A DNA stretch of 64,000 bases from a virus (taxonomy: Duplodnaviria > Caudoviricetes): the IMG/VR virus record IMGVR_UViG_3300036827_000091, positions 577 through 64,576 of that record, one strand, 5' to 3'. Below, piece after piece: positions 1 to 9,914 of the stretch. A model generated the notes under the pieces. It was given only the letters and a program-made list of their open reading frames with translations. It was not told where the DNA came from and did not search any database. The position numbers and the translations under genes are program-made. Each line of letters opens with the position of its first letter. Within the stretch, counting starts at the first letter, position 1.

Positions 1-2
1 CT

Positions 3-305
3 ACCCAGACCGGCACGGTCAACGCTTTCGGCGCGACCGGCATCGACATTTCGGTGCTGGACGATTTCACCTCCGTCTACTTCGGCGGTGTGGACATTTT
101 CGTGTGGTACGCGGGCGCGTGCGCTCCTGGCGTGCTCCTGATCGCAGGTGCAACGGGCACCGTGGTCACCGTCGGCGCGGGCACCTTCGACCAGGTGATC
201 GGGCGCTGCACACAGCCTGGCGGAGTGGCCGCCGGGCAGCTGACTCAGCAGATCGGCGGCCTCGGCGCTTCGTCGTTCTTCCTGGGCCGAGCCCGGATCT
301 TCTAG
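3..305 (+). CDS. Capsid decoration/cement-like protein, 5' partial
   Basis: Frame open from position 3 to TAG at 303-305; directly upstream of the major capsid gene; Gly/Ala/Thr-rich. Confidence 0.55.
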   Translation, partial: TQTGTVNAFGATGIDISVLDDFTSVYFGGVDIFVWYAGACAPGVLLIAGATGTVVTVGAGTFDQVIGRCTQPGGVAAGQLTQQIGGLGASSFFLGRARIF

Positions 306-318
306 GGAGGACTGACCG

Positions 319-1230
319 ATGCCGGTTGGTGCACGCGGCTATTCCGATGGCCCGCGGATCACTGTCAACGCGCTGCTGAAGGACCCGCTCACCATCCCAG
401 CGCTCATTCTGGACATGACGCAAAACGAGTTCATCGTGGACTCGGTATTGCGCCCCGGCGGCAGCGCTCCTTCGGGCGCGGTGCGTTACTCGGAAAGCAC
501 GCCGCTGTACGCGGATGACTTCCCCGAGGTGCGCCCCGAGTTCGGCGAAGTGCCGGTCGTGCCGACCAGCCTGGGCCTGCCCCGGGTGGTGTTCGCGCAC
601 GAGCGCGCCATGGCGATCATGGTGTCGGACGAGATGCGCCGCCGCCAGACCGTGGACCCGGTGACCAGGCAGCTGATGCAGGTCAAAAACACGATGGTCT
701 ACTCCTGGAATGCCGCGTTCTACAGCGCGGTGGTGGCCAACGCCTCCGTCCAGACCTTGGCCGTCACCAACACCTGGGCTTCGGTTGCGGCCACCATCCG
801 GGCCGACCTGGCACAGGCCATGTTCCTGCTGGAAAACAGCAACGTGGTCAGCCCGTCCGGGCTCACCCAGTGGTTCGGCTTCGAGGCCGACACCCTGATC
901 ATCAACCACGGCACGAAGAACACGCTGCTGCAAAGCAACACGTTCGCCGCGCCGTACGTCGGCGACATCGCCAGCGAAAACCTGCTGTACACGGGCGTGC
1001 TGCCGCAGAAGATCATGAACCTTGACGTCATGGTGTCCCGCCAGGTCCCCGCGGGCAACGCGATCGTCATGCAGCGCAAGCGCTGCGGGTTCATCGCCGA
1101 CGAGCTGCCGTTCATCGCCGGCCCGCTGTACCGCGACGAGCCGCGGAAGACGTACCGGTCCGACACCCAGCGGGCATCCGCCATCGGCCTGGACCAGCCG
1201 CTGGCCATCTGCCTGCTTTCTGGAGTCTGA
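319..1230 (+). CDS. Major capsid protein (HK97 fold)
   Basis: 303 aa, SD GGGAGG; PEVRPEFGEVP, IMVSDEMRRR and C-terminal AIGLDQPLA resemble actinophage MCPs; position. Confidence 0.85.
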   Translation: MPVGARGYSDGPRITVNALLKDPLTIPALILDMTQNEFIVDSVLRPGGSAPSGAVRYSESTPLYADDFPEVRPEFGEVPVVPTSLGLPRVVFAHERAMAIMVSDEMRRRQTVDPVTRQLMQVKNTMVYSWNAAFYSAVVANASVQTLAVTNTWASVAATIRADLAQAMFLLENSNVVSPSGLTQWFGFEADTLIINHGTKNTLLQSNTFAAPYVGDIASENLLYTGVLPQKIMNLDVMVSRQVPAGNAIVMQRKRCGFIADELPFIAGPLYRDEPRKTYRSDTQRASAIGLDQPLAICLLSGV

Positions 1231-1655
1231 TGTCCAAGTACGAGGCGCTGGTCAACCTTTCGGTCCCGCGCAAGAACGACCCGAACAAGGAAACCGACCT
1301 GGTCATGGCCGGTGACACGGTCGATCTTGACGACGACACGGCGGCTAAGCTCCTGCCCCCGATGCGGCGGCCCGCGCTGGTCCGCAAGGCAGCCGACCGC
1401 ACCAGCGAGCGCACTGTGCTGCTGCCCCGGCACCTGTCCGGGGTGGCCATCAACCATCGCACCGGCAAGCGGGTCGGGTACCCCGGCCCGCCTGCCGACG
1501 CCCGCCCGGACCCCCCCGGCAGCTCCCAGGTGCTCGTGCAGGAGCTGCCCGAGGGAAACGAGCCGGTGCCCGAGTCTGAGAACCAGCCGCCTGGCGACGC
1601 GGTGGATCTCCCGCCCCGCCACCGGCAGGGTGCCACGGCGAGATCAGGGAGGTAA
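1230..1655 (+). CDS. Hypothetical virion-associated protein
   Basis: TGATG coupling to MCP; GDTVDLDDDTAAKLL resembles the small domain common in post-capsid genes. Confidence 0.6.
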   Translation: MSKYEALVNLSVPRKNDPNKETDLVMAGDTVDLDDDTAAKLLPPMRRPALVRKAADRTSERTVLLPRHLSGVAINHRTGKRVGYPGPPADARPDPPGSSQVLVQELPEGNEPVPESENQPPGDAVDLPPRHRQGATARSGR

Positions 1656-1661
1656 CCACCT

Positions 1662-2084
1662 GTGGCTGTAGCCGTGCCGGCAGCGATCCGCCTCACCTGT
1701 CCGCGCTGCAGGATTCTGCGTGCGTTCGCCAACATGGACGGTGGGACGAACTTTCGCTGCTCAGGCTGTGAGCTTCAGTACACGCTGTCAACGGTAGCCC
1801 CCACCGGCACCTCGACAGCGACTCTCGCGGCAGGCGGCACAGCTATCACCGTGGCATCCGGGGGGGCTAGCTTCACCAACGGCATGGTGCTGCTGTACGA
1901 CACCGGCCAGAACGCTGAGGTGCTGACCGTCAACGGGGCCGCCACCGGCACCTCGATCCCGGTGACCGCGGCGATCAAAGCGCACAACTCGGGCGCGACG
2001 TTCGGCCAGCTGGCCAACACTGTCTCGTTCACCGGCTACGGGGTGGAGCCCCAGCCGCTGCCGGCCCCGCCGTGGGGGTTCTGA
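1662..2084 (+). CDS. Hypothetical protein, N-terminal Zn ribbon plus beta-rich domain
   Basis: SD GGGAGG; CPRC...CSGC; AEVLTV...T.IPV...AH.SGA segment typical of virion accessory proteins. Confidence 0.65.
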   Translation: MAVAVPAAIRLTCPRCRILRAFANMDGGTNFRCSGCELQYTLSTVAPTGTSTATLAAGGTAITVASGGASFTNGMVLLYDTGQNAEVLTVNGAATGTSIPVTAAIKAHNSGATFGQLANTVSFTGYGVEPQPLPAPPWGF

Positions 2085-2356
2085 TGGCGCTGGCCCGGTT
2101 TGTGCTGCAAAACGACGTCACCGTGGCTGCAGGCGCGGCCACGGCCGGGACCGGGGGGTTCGGCTCAGCCACCACCCCGGGCACTGCCTGGTCCGAGCTG
2201 TGGCCGGTGAAGTTCACCAAAGGCCAGGTCGTCTGGGCCGACTCGGTGGGGGGCAACGGCGCGGCCAGCTTGCTTTACACCGCCATCGGCGCGGGCAACC
2301 TGCGCGCTTTCGTGGACGGCCAGGATTCCCTGGGCCGGGAAGGGCTGGCGAACTGA
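2084..2356 (+). CDS. Hypothetical protein (paralog-like to 2567-2782)
   Basis: TGATG coupling at 2082-2086; shares MAL...TA.G(G)AGNL. Confidence 0.6.
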   Translation: MALARFVLQNDVTVAAGAATAGTGGFGSATTPGTAWSELWPVKFTKGQVVWADSVGGNGAASLLYTAIGAGNLRAFVDGQDSLGREGLAN

Positions 2357-2556
2357 TGACAGCGCCACAGCACGGATCACGTTACCCGGCGGGGACCTGG
2401 GGGCCTGGACACCGGGTGATGATCATCGCCGTCGTGTTTTTCACCTTGTCCGCGCTGTCGTTCGCGTTCGCCACGATCCACAGCGACATCGGCAACCCGT
2501 ACGCCTGGCTGGCCGCCGGCTTCGCCGCCTGCGCCCTGTCGTGGGCGCTGCCGTAG
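2356..2556 (+). CDS. Small two-TM membrane protein
   Basis: TGATG coupling; two hydrophobic segments. Confidence 0.55.
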   Translation: MTAPQHGSRYPAGTWGPGHRVMIIAVVFFTLSALSFAFATIHSDIGNPYAWLAAGFAACALSWALP

Positions 2557-2566
2557 GGAGGCCGTC

Positions 2567-2782
2567 ATGGCACTGAACCCGCGCCGGGTCAACACCGACA
2601 CCAACGTCACCTGGGACGGTGGGACTTTCCGGGTGCTCCGCGGCACAATCATCGACTGCGCTTCCGGCTCAGCACAGGAAACCGCCTACGGCGGCGCGGG
2701 CAACCTGACCACCCTGTCCGGCCCGGACGCCACGGCGGTGAGCAGCGGCGACCTGGCCGTGGGGGCAGGGGGCAGTGGGTAG
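2567..2782 (+). CDS. Hypothetical protein
   Basis: SD GGGAGG, ATG, fits operon. Confidence 0.6.
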   Translation: MALNPRRVNTDTNVTWDGGTFRVLRGTIIDCASGSAQETAYGGAGNLTTLSGPDATAVSSGDLAVGAGGSG

Positions 2783-2785
2783 CGG

Positions 2786-3328
2786 ATGGCGCTGTACAGC
2801 GATGTTGACACCTTGCGGCTGGTGCTTGACAGCACCGACGCGGGCACCGGCACGGCTGCGCAGCTTTCCGACGCCCAGCTGACCCAGGCGCTCACCTACG
2901 GCACCGACCGGGTCAGCACCTACGCGGGCACGGTGTTCGATCCGGCCGCAGCGGCAGGCCAGGCCGGCTACATGCCCGGCATCGTCGCTGACCTGGCTAT
3001 TGACATCGCTGCCTGGTACGCCACCACGATCTACCTGAAGCACAAGGGCCTGGCCGCGGACAGCCCGGTGGCGCTCCGGTACGCCGAGGCCAAGGCCATC
3101 CTCGAAGCGGTGCGCAAAGGCGAGGTCAGCCTGGACGTGGCCACCGAGGCCGCGGCCAGCGCCAAGATCATCAACCGCATCCCCGGCATTTTCACCAACG
3201 CCGACACCGACACCGTGTTCGACCCGTCCACCGGCTACCTGCAAACTGACACCAGCGTGGGCAGCTCCGCCGGCACCCGGCAGCCGGGCGGGCCGTTTGC
3301 CGGGCTCCTTGACGCGGAGCTTCCGTGA
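2786..3328 (+). CDS. Head-to-tail adaptor (Mu gp36/DUF1320-like)
   Basis: Y...D.L start, DIAAWY, RYAEAKAILEAVRKGEVSL. Confidence 0.75.
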   Translation: MALYSDVDTLRLVLDSTDAGTGTAAQLSDAQLTQALTYGTDRVSTYAGTVFDPAAAAGQAGYMPGIVADLAIDIAAWYATTIYLKHKGLAADSPVALRYAEAKAILEAVRKGEVSLDVATEAAASAKIINRIPGIFTNADTDTVFDPSTGYLQTDTSVGSSAGTRQPGGPFAGLLDAELP

Positions 3329-3840
3329 CCGGCACCGCAGCCCCGCGGCTGCGCGAGCTGGCCCGCCGCACCCACGCGGGCACCGGGCTGCTGTCCGGCT
3401 CGGTGGAGATCAACCAGGTGTACGCCCACTACCAGCATGAGCGGCTGGACCTGCGCCACCCGCGGGGCGGCGGACCCAAATACCTGGAACGCCCGCTGTT
3501 CGATCATTTCCCCACCTGGTACGGCAACATCGCCCGCAGCTTCCTTGACGACGGCGGCGAGCGGGCCATGTGGCACGCCATGGAAGACCTGTCCGATCTG
3601 GCCGAGCTGGCCGCGCCGTGGGAGTTCGGCGACCTGATCCACTCAGGCCACCCGCATGTGGCCCGCGGCACGCGGGACGTGTACGACCGGCCGCCGAAGC
3701 GGCACCGGCTCACCGAGGCGGAGCTGAAAGCCAAGTCCCGGCTTCGCTGGGCCTCGCTGCCGGCGGCGCTCAAAGGCTGGATCTACTGGAACAAGACGGC
3801 CCGTGGCCGGGCCGGCCTGCCCCCGGCCAGGAGGGCATGA
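3325..3840 (+). CDS. Neck/tail completion protein (HK97 gp10-like)
   Basis: VYAHYQHE...HP.GG.PKYLERPL motif; GTGA overlap. Confidence 0.65.
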   Translation: MTGTAAPRLRELARRTHAGTGLLSGSVEINQVYAHYQHERLDLRHPRGGGPKYLERPLFDHFPTWYGNIARSFLDDGGERAMWHAMEDLSDLAELAAPWEFGDLIHSGHPHVARGTRDVYDRPPKRHRLTEAELKAKSRLRWASLPAALKGWIYWNKTARGRAGLPPARRA

Positions 3841-4250
3841 TGGCAGCGCAGACGCAGGTGATCATGGACTGGATCACCGGGCTCGGCTGGGACACCCGGC
3901 AGGAGCTGGGATACCCGGTGCTGCCGGGGCCGTATGTGCCGCCTTCGCCTGACCGCCTGGTGGTGGTCACCGGGGGCGGCGGCCCCGGCTACCTGACCGA
4001 GGAGCCGGCCACCGACGGGTCCAATTTCCAGGCGATGCTGCGCGGCGCGGCCGAAGACCCGCTGGGCGCTGAGGCTGCCGCGCAGCTGCTTGATGACCTG
4101 ATTTTGCGCGCTGGCTTCCCGGTCACGGTGGACGGCGCGGTGATCGTGTCGGTGTCCCGGGTCGGCTCCGGGCCGACCCCGCTGCCGTGGGACGAAACCG
4201 ACCAGCGCGCCTCTTTCACCAGCAACTACACGATCATCACGGGAGTCTGA
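3837..4250 (+). CDS. Tail terminator
   Basis: P.PDRLVVVTGGGGPG, FQ..RG, R.SFTSNY; position. Confidence 0.7.
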   Translation: MMAAQTQVIMDWITGLGWDTRQELGYPVLPGPYVPPSPDRLVVVTGGGGPGYLTEEPATDGSNFQAMLRGAAEDPLGAEAAAQLLDDLILRAGFPVTVDGAVIVSVSRVGSGPTPLPWDETDQRASFTSNYTIITGV

Positions 4251-4251
4251 C

Positions 4252-4731
4252 ATGGCCGTTGGCGCACGGGTCACCTTGCAGCCCATCCCGCTCAACCTGT
4301 CGCCGAACGGCGCGACCTGGCTGGCTGCGACCAGCCCCGGCTACGACCTGGGCTCGCCGTCGGCGATCACCGCCTGGTCCGGCCAGCTGGGCGTGATGCT
4401 CCCCAACCCGGGCGGCAACATCATCCTCGCCTACGCCTGCGGCGCTACCGCCGGGGGCGTCACCCAGGTGCTGGTCGGGGATGTGGTGGCCGGAAACCAG
4501 GTGCTCCCGGCCACCACCTACCAGTACACGATCGCCGCCAACAGCTCGGGCTGGCTGGGGCCGTGGTCCCCGGCCACGTTCAACCAGCAAGCGCCCACCA
4601 ACGTGACCTACGCCGGGGCGATCAACACCCAGGCGCTGCTCGCCGCCGCCCAGGGCTGCGTGGTGGTTGACCTGACCACCACCACCACGCTGGCGCTGCG
4701 CGCCTATTCCCTGATCCCGATCCAGCCGTAA
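4252..4731 (+). CDS. Hypothetical structural protein
   Basis: 159 aa beta-rich, in the tail operon. Confidence 0.6.
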   Translation: MAVGARVTLQPIPLNLSPNGATWLAATSPGYDLGSPSAITAWSGQLGVMLPNPGGNIILAYACGATAGGVTQVLVGDVVAGNQVLPATTYQYTIAANSSGWLGPWSPATFNQQAPTNVTYAGAINTQALLAAAQGCVVVDLTTTTTLALRAYSLIPIQP

Positions 4732-4741
4732 AGGAGCTGAC

Positions 4742-5050
4742 GTGCCAGCTACCGATAAGCCAGAGGCTGTGCCGCCGGCGCAGCCTGCGGCCAGCCAGCC
4801 GCATGAGCAGCAGGATTCGGCTGCGCCCAGCCGGGCCGAGCTGGAAACCAGGCTGGCCGAGCTGCAGCAGCAGCTCCGCGGCGAGGACGCCCCCGCCACG
4901 GTGACGATGAAGGTGGAAGGCCCGCACGCCGCCTTCAGCTACGGCGGCGTGACCGTCGGAACCGAACCCACCGAAGTGCCTGCCAGCCACGCCGCCGCCC
5001 TCACCGAGGCAGCGGCGGACGCTGGCGTGACGATCACCCAGGAGAGCTGA
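4742..5050 (+). CDS. Hypothetical protein
   Basis: SD AAGGAG, GTG start. Confidence 0.6.
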   Translation: MPATDKPEAVPPAQPAASQPHEQQDSAAPSRAELETRLAELQQQLRGEDAPATVTMKVEGPHAAFSYGGVTVGTEPTEVPASHAAALTEAAADAGVTITQES

Positions 5051-5054
5051 AGAC

Positions 5055-5663
5055 ATGGCCGGGCCACCGCTTGTTTACACCCCGCCCAACTACACGACCA
5101 CCAACGTCTTGTACGGCGTGGGGATCTTGTTCACGGCGATCCCCGGCACCGCCGTGCCATCAGACCAGAACCTGGGCGTGGCATCCGCCTGGACCGGGCT
5201 CGGCTGGGGATACGTGGGCGCGACCGAAGCCGGCGTGACCGTCACGTTCAACCCGAGCACGCAGGATCTGAACATCGAGGAGCAGCCCACCCCGGTGGCT
5301 GTGGTGGTGAACACCGCCACGCTGCAGATCACCTGCTCGCTGTCCGAGGAGACGCTGAGCAACGTCAACCTGTCCTGGGGCAACGGCGGATCGATCTCCA
5401 CCACGGCTGCAGGCGCTGGCCAGCCGGGCAAGCAGGTGCTCACCCTGAGCACCAATTTCGCGTCGATGGCGTGCGCGGTGATCGGCAAAAACCAGCTGGG
5501 CTTCGCCCGGGTGCTGTCCATTCCCGCGGTCATGTCCGCTGGCCAGGTGCAAACCGCCTACCGGCGCGCCGCGCAGCAGCGGCTGTACCCGCTCACCCTG
5601 AACGCCACCTGCCCGTTCAACCAGATCACCTGGACCGACCTGACCGCGATCGCCACCAGCTAG
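5055..5663 (+). CDS. Major tail (tube) protein
   Basis: W..VGATEAGV...I.VEEQ.TPV...LSEETL.N pattern; precedes chaperones and TMP. Confidence 0.8.
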   Translation: MAGPPLVYTPPNYTTTNVLYGVGILFTAIPGTAVPSDQNLGVASAWTGLGWGYVGATEAGVTVTFNPSTQDLNIEEQPTPVAVVVNTATLQITCSLSEETLSNVNLSWGNGGSISTTAAGAGQPGKQVLTLSTNFASMACAVIGKNQLGFARVLSIPAVMSAGQVQTAYRRAAQQRLYPLTLNATCPFNQITWTDLTAIATS

Positions 5664-5674
5664 GAGCCCGCTTT

Positions 5675-6109
5675 ATGCCCTCATTCGACGCAGGCGATGT
5701 CCTCGAATCCCTCGACTGGGATTTCACCAGGGCCGGGGTGAAAGCCAAAGGCGTCGTGCCCGAGCCCAGCGACCACGCCATCGGCCAGTTCCTGGATGGG
5801 CTGAAGGAGCTGTACACCGAGGCCAAGGGCATGGACCTTGACCTGCCCGGGGACGCCACGCCCGAGCAGATGATGGACGCGCTCAGCCAGGTGACCGGGG
5901 AGAAGTTCGAGAGTTTCATGGCGGAAACCGCCCGGCTGTTCGCCGAGCTGTGCTCGGGCAAGCCCAGCCAGGAGCAGCTGCTGGCGCTGCCGCTGCGGGT
6001 GCGGGTCAAGTTCTACGGATGGGTGCAGGCCGAGGTGGTGCGCCCGGAAGCCGAAACCGGCGCTGGGAACGTGGTGGCGATGTCTCCGCGGTCCGCAGCC
6101 GCCGGGTAA
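5675..6109 (+). CDS. Tail assembly chaperone (gpG-like)
   Basis: SD AGGAG; between MTP and TMP; LCSGKPS.EQLLALP.R...F.GW. Confidence 0.7.
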   Translation: MPSFDAGDVLESLDWDFTRAGVKAKGVVPEPSDHAIGQFLDGLKELYTEAKGMDLDLPGDATPEQMMDALSQVTGEKFESFMAETARLFAELCSGKPSQEQLLALPLRVRVKFYGWVQAEVVRPEAETGAGNVVAMSPRSAAAG

Positions 6110-6369
6110 TCCTCTACGCCGCCCGGCGCTATTTCAGCCTCAGCCCGGATGAGTGGGACGCGCTGCCGTGGGGGGTCAGGCGGGCCTACCTGGACGGGCT
6201 GGAAGCCGACGGGACAATCAGCTTCCAGCAAGGCGCTGACGACGAAGACGGGCTGCCGTCCGCTGACCAGGGCGGGCCGGTGCGCCGCGCCGTCAAGGCC
6301 AGCAGCGACGTGATTGACATGGCCGCGATGCGCAAGGAGCTGGAAGCGGCGCGGGGAGGCGCGAAATGA
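6106..6369 (+). CDS. Tail assembly chaperone extension (gpT-like), -1 frame, start uncertain
   Basis: ILYAARRYFSLSPDEWDALPW in the -1 frame; no SD-linked ATG; ends with ATGA overlap on TMP. Confidence 0.6.
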   Translation, partial: VILYAARRYFSLSPDEWDALPWGVRRAYLDGLEADGTISFQQGADDEDGLPSADQGGPVRRAVKASSDVIDMAAMRKELEAARGGAK

Positions 6370-9300
6370 GCTTTGACGCTGGCTCGATCATCGCGCACAT
6401 GGACCTGGACGACGCCGAGTTCGACCGCAAGCTGAAAGCCGACGTCGCCAGGATCGAGGCGTTCGAGCGGCGCACCCACGAGGCGAAGATCAGCGCCGAG
6501 CTGGACCCATCGGGGCTGAGCCGCGCCCGCCAGCAGATGGGACGGTTCGACCAGCAGATCACCCAGGACGCCCAGCAGCGGGCGCGTAATCACGGGTCGG
6601 TGCTGGGCGCGCTGATGGGCCTGTTCGGCGGCGGGCGGGCCGCTGGCGGGCCGGCAGGCGGCAGCGGGGGCAGCGGCCGGTCCCTGCTCGGCGGCTTGCT
6701 GGGCGGCGCTGGGCCGGTCCCCACCGGGCTGCCGGTGGGTGCCCGGAGCCTGCTGCTGGGCACCGCCGGCGGGGTCGGGCTGGGCGCGCTGCCAGCGCTG
6801 CTCGGCGGCATCCTGCCGCTGGGCGTCGGCGCGATCGGCGCTGGGTTCGCCGGAATCGGCGCGAAGGCGCTGATCGGCACGAAAAACCAGCAGGGGCAAG
6901 CGCCCACCCAGGGGCCGCTGTACGCCGAGGCGCAGGCGGCGATGAAATCGATCAAATCCGCGTTTGACGCGGGCATCCAGCCGCTGATCGGCCCGCTGCG
7001 GCAGGCGTTCACCGTGATCCCGCGCCTGATCCATTCCCTCGGCCCCGACCTGCGGCAGGCGTTCGCCGGGGCGGGCACGCTGATCCTGCCCCTGGTCCGC
7101 GGGCTGGGCGACCTGGCGCATGCCGTGCTGCCGCTGCTCGGGCGGGCGTTCCGGGCCACCGCGCCGCTGATCAGGCCGCTGATCGACGGGTTTGGCAAGC
7201 TGCTGGCCGGGCTGCTGCCAGGGGTGATCGCCCTGCTGCGGGCCGCTTCCCCGGCGGTGCATGCCCTGGCAGGCATACTCGGCGAGCTGGGCTCGGGCAT
7301 CGGCTTGATGCTGCGCGATTTCGCGCCGGCCGTCCGGGCCAGCAGCGTCATTTTCAAGGCCCTCGGCGACGTGATCGCCGCCGTTTTCCCGATCATCGGC
7401 AAGCTGGCAGCCGTCTTCGCCCGTTCCCTGGCCCCGGTGTTCGTGATCTTGGCCGGGGTGATCCGCCAGCTGCTGCCTTACCTGACGATCATCGGCAAGG
7501 TGTTCGCCTCCCTGGCCGGGGCGGTGCTGCAGGATCTTGTCGGGGTGTTCGGCTCCCTGGCCAAGCTGCTGGTGCTGATTTCCCCGTCGTTCCGCATCCT
7601 GGCCAGCGCCTTGTCGCAGACGTTCGCCATCCTGGAATCCAGCGGGGTGTTCGGCGTACTGGCCACCGCGCTGGAGAAGATCGTGCCGGTGCTGGCCCGG
7701 CTGATCAACCAGGTGGTCCGCGCCCTGGCCCCGGCGCTGCCGCCGCTGATCGCCTCGGCTGGCCAGCTGGTGCAGGTGCTGGTGCTGATGGCCGCGTCCG
7801 GGCTGACCGCGGTGCTGAAAGCGCTCACCCCCGTGCTGGTCCTTATCGCACAGCTGACCTCTCACCTGGCCACCTGGCTGAACAGCATGCACCTGCTCAC
7901 GCCGGCGCTAGCGCTGCTGACCGCTGGGCTGCTGGCAAGCAAGGTGGGCATGATCGCGGGCAAGGCGGCGATTGCGGCATGGTTCGTGGCGTGCAGGATC
8001 GCCGCTGTAGCCACCAGGGCGTTCGCCGCCGCCCAGGCGATCCTGTCCGCAGCCATGGACGCCAACCCGATCATCCTGGTCACCCTGGCGATCATCGCGC
8101 TGGGCGTGGCCGCATACGAGCTGTACAAGCACTGGAACACGGTGTGGGGGTTCATCAAGCGGATCGCCGAAGACGCCTGGAGCTTCCTCACCCACGGCTG
8201 GGGCCAGTTCCTGTTCCCCGGGCTGACCGCGATCCGGTACGCGGTCGAGTTCGTCCGCGACCACTGGCGGCAGGCGTGGGACGACATCAAAGGCGCGGGC
8301 CTGGCCGCCTGGCATTTCATCCATGACAACATCGTGTCCCCGCTGGTCAACACCTTCACCCAGACCATCCCGGCTGCTTTCCGTGCTGCAGTCAGGGACA
8401 TCGGCAACGGATGGGACGCCATCAAAAACGTGGTCCGGGCACCCGTGGCCTGGGTGGTGGACCACGTGATCGACGGGCTGATCTCCGCGTTCGACTGGAT
8501 CAGCGGCAAGGTGGGCGGCCCGCACATCAACCCGGTGCACCCGTTCGGGCTGGCCACAGGCGGGCGCATCCCCGGGTACGGCGGCGGGGACCGGCACATG
8601 GCGCTGCTGGAAGGCGGCGAGGCGGTTGTCTCGAAAGAAACCACCTCAGCGCATGCGGCCACGCTGGCCAGCTGGGGCGTGCCCGGGTTCCAGCGGGGCG
8701 GGGCGGTTGGCCAGGCCGCGCCGAACCGCGGCGGCCCGCTGGGGTTCCTTGACCACATCTGGCACGGCATCGCTGACATCGGCAAGATCACCGCCGCGGT
8801 GTTCACCGGCAACACCACCGCCTTGGCCAACGCGATCAAGAGCATGATCCCAGGCGGGCTCGGCGGGGCCACCGCGGACATGGCCGGCCTGCTGGAGTCC
8901 ACGGTGAAAACCCTGATCGGCGACGTGGTGCACGCCCTAGTCGGGTACGGCGGCGGCGCTTCGGCGAACGCGATCGTCAGGGACGCCCTGGGCTGGCTAG
9001 GCAAAGTGCCTTATGTGTGGGGAGGGACTGCTGTTCCTGGTGGCGCGGACTGCAGCGGATTCGTCCAGACGATCTACCGGCGGCACGGGCTGACTGCGCC
9101 GCGCACATCGGAAGCGCAGGGCAACTGGGTGCGCCGGTCCTCCCCCGCGCCGGGCGGCCTGGCGTTCTACAACTCCCCGGCTGGCGGAGCCCCGCCCGGC
9201 CACGTGGCGATCATCCGCACCCCCACCCAGGTGATCTCCCAGGGCGGCGGGATGGGGCCGCAGCTGATGGCCTTGCACGGCATGCCGCTGATGTGGACGG

Positions 9301-9911
9301 GCATCCCGCCCGGCGGGTTCAGGACCGGTGCCCGCGGCCAGTACGGCCTGTCCGGCCTGGAAAGCCTGTGGATGTCCGCCGGCGGGCCTGCGGGGGCCGC
9401 GCACGTGGCCGCCGCCATCGCCCTGGCCGAGTCCGGCGGCAACCCGAGGGCGCACAACCCGTCTGGGGCCTCAGGATTGTGGCAGATTCTCGGGCAAGTG
9501 TTCCCCGGCGACATTTTCAGCCCGTTCATCAACGCCCGCAACGCGGTCCGCAAGTATTACCAGGCAGGCGGATTCTCCCCGTGGGTCACCTACGAAGACG
9601 GCCAGTACCGGCGGTTCATGGACCAGGGCGGGTGGATGCAGCCGGGCGTGGCCTACGCCAACGCCACCGGGCAGCCTGAGGCGGTGCTTACCCCGCGGGA
9701 AAGCGAAGCCCACGTGATGCTGGCCCGCGCCGCCGACCAGATGATGCGCGGCGGCGGCAGCGGCGACCTGCTGGCTGAGCTGAAAGCCATGCGCCGGGAG
9801 CTGGCGCAGCTGCTGAAACGGGCACCAGCCGCCACCGGGGCAGCGGTCGGCGACGCGATGAACACGGGATCACGGCAGGCCAGCCTGCGCGCCCAGTATT
9901 CGGCGAGGTGA
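6366..9911 (+). CDS. Tape measure protein with C-terminal NlpC/P60 and lytic transglycosylase domains
   Basis: 1181 aa Ala/Leu/Gly-rich helical with W repeats; YVWGG...DCSG...GHVAI; AESGGNP...GLWQI. Confidence 0.92.
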   Translation: MSFDAGSIIAHMDLDDAEFDRKLKADVARIEAFERRTHEAKISAELDPSGLSRARQQMGRFDQQITQDAQQRARNHGSVLGALMGLFGGGRAAGGPAGGSGGSGRSLLGGLLGGAGPVPTGLPVGARSLLLGTAGGVGLGALPALLGGILPLGVGAIGAGFAGIGAKALIGTKNQQGQAPTQGPLYAEAQAAMKSIKSAFDAGIQPLIGPLRQAFTVIPRLIHSLGPDLRQAFAGAGTLILPLVRGLGDLAHAVLPLLGRAFRATAPLIRPLIDGFGKLLAGLLPGVIALLRAASPAVHALAGILGELGSGIGLMLRDFAPAVRASSVIFKALGDVIAAVFPIIGKLAAVFARSLAPVFVILAGVIRQLLPYLTIIGKVFASLAGAVLQDLVGVFGSLAKLLVLISPSFRILASALSQTFAILESSGVFGVLATALEKIVPVLARLINQVVRALAPALPPLIASAGQLVQVLVLMAASGLTAVLKALTPVLVLIAQLTSHLATWLNSMHLLTPALALLTAGLLASKVGMIAGKAAIAAWFVACRIAAVATRAFAAAQAILSAAMDANPIILVTLAIIALGVAAYELYKHWNTVWGFIKRIAEDAWSFLTHGWGQFLFPGLTAIRYAVEFVRDHWRQAWDDIKGAGLAAWHFIHDNIVSPLVNTFTQTIPAAFRAAVRDIGNGWDAIKNVVRAPVAWVVDHVIDGLISAFDWISGKVGGPHINPVHPFGLATGGRIPGYGGGDRHMALLEGGEAVVSKETTSAHAATLASWGVPGFQRGGAVGQAAPNRGGPLGFLDHIWHGIADIGKITAAVFTGNTTALANAIKSMIPGGLGGATADMAGLLESTVKTLIGDVVHALVGYGGGASANAIVRDALGWLGKVPYVWGGTAVPGGADCSGFVQTIYRRHGLTAPRTSEAQGNWVRRSSPAPGGLAFYNSPAGGAPPGHVAIIRTPTQVISQGGGMGPQLMALHGMPLMWTGIPPGGFRTGARGQYGLSGLESLWMSAGGPAGAAHVAAAIALAESGGNPRAHNPSGASGLWQILGQVFPGDIFSPFINARNAVRKYYQAGGFSPWVTYEDGQYRRFMDQGGWMQPGVAYANATGQPEAVLTPRESEAHVMLARAADQMMRGGGSGDLLAELKAMRRELAQLLKRAPAATGAAVGDAMNTGSRQASLRAQYSAR

Positions 9912-9914
9912 GGA

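Noticed and set aside
9334-9560. TMP/LysM gene similarity as a DGR template-variable pair
   Set aside because: No reverse transcriptase; differences are not adenine-specific
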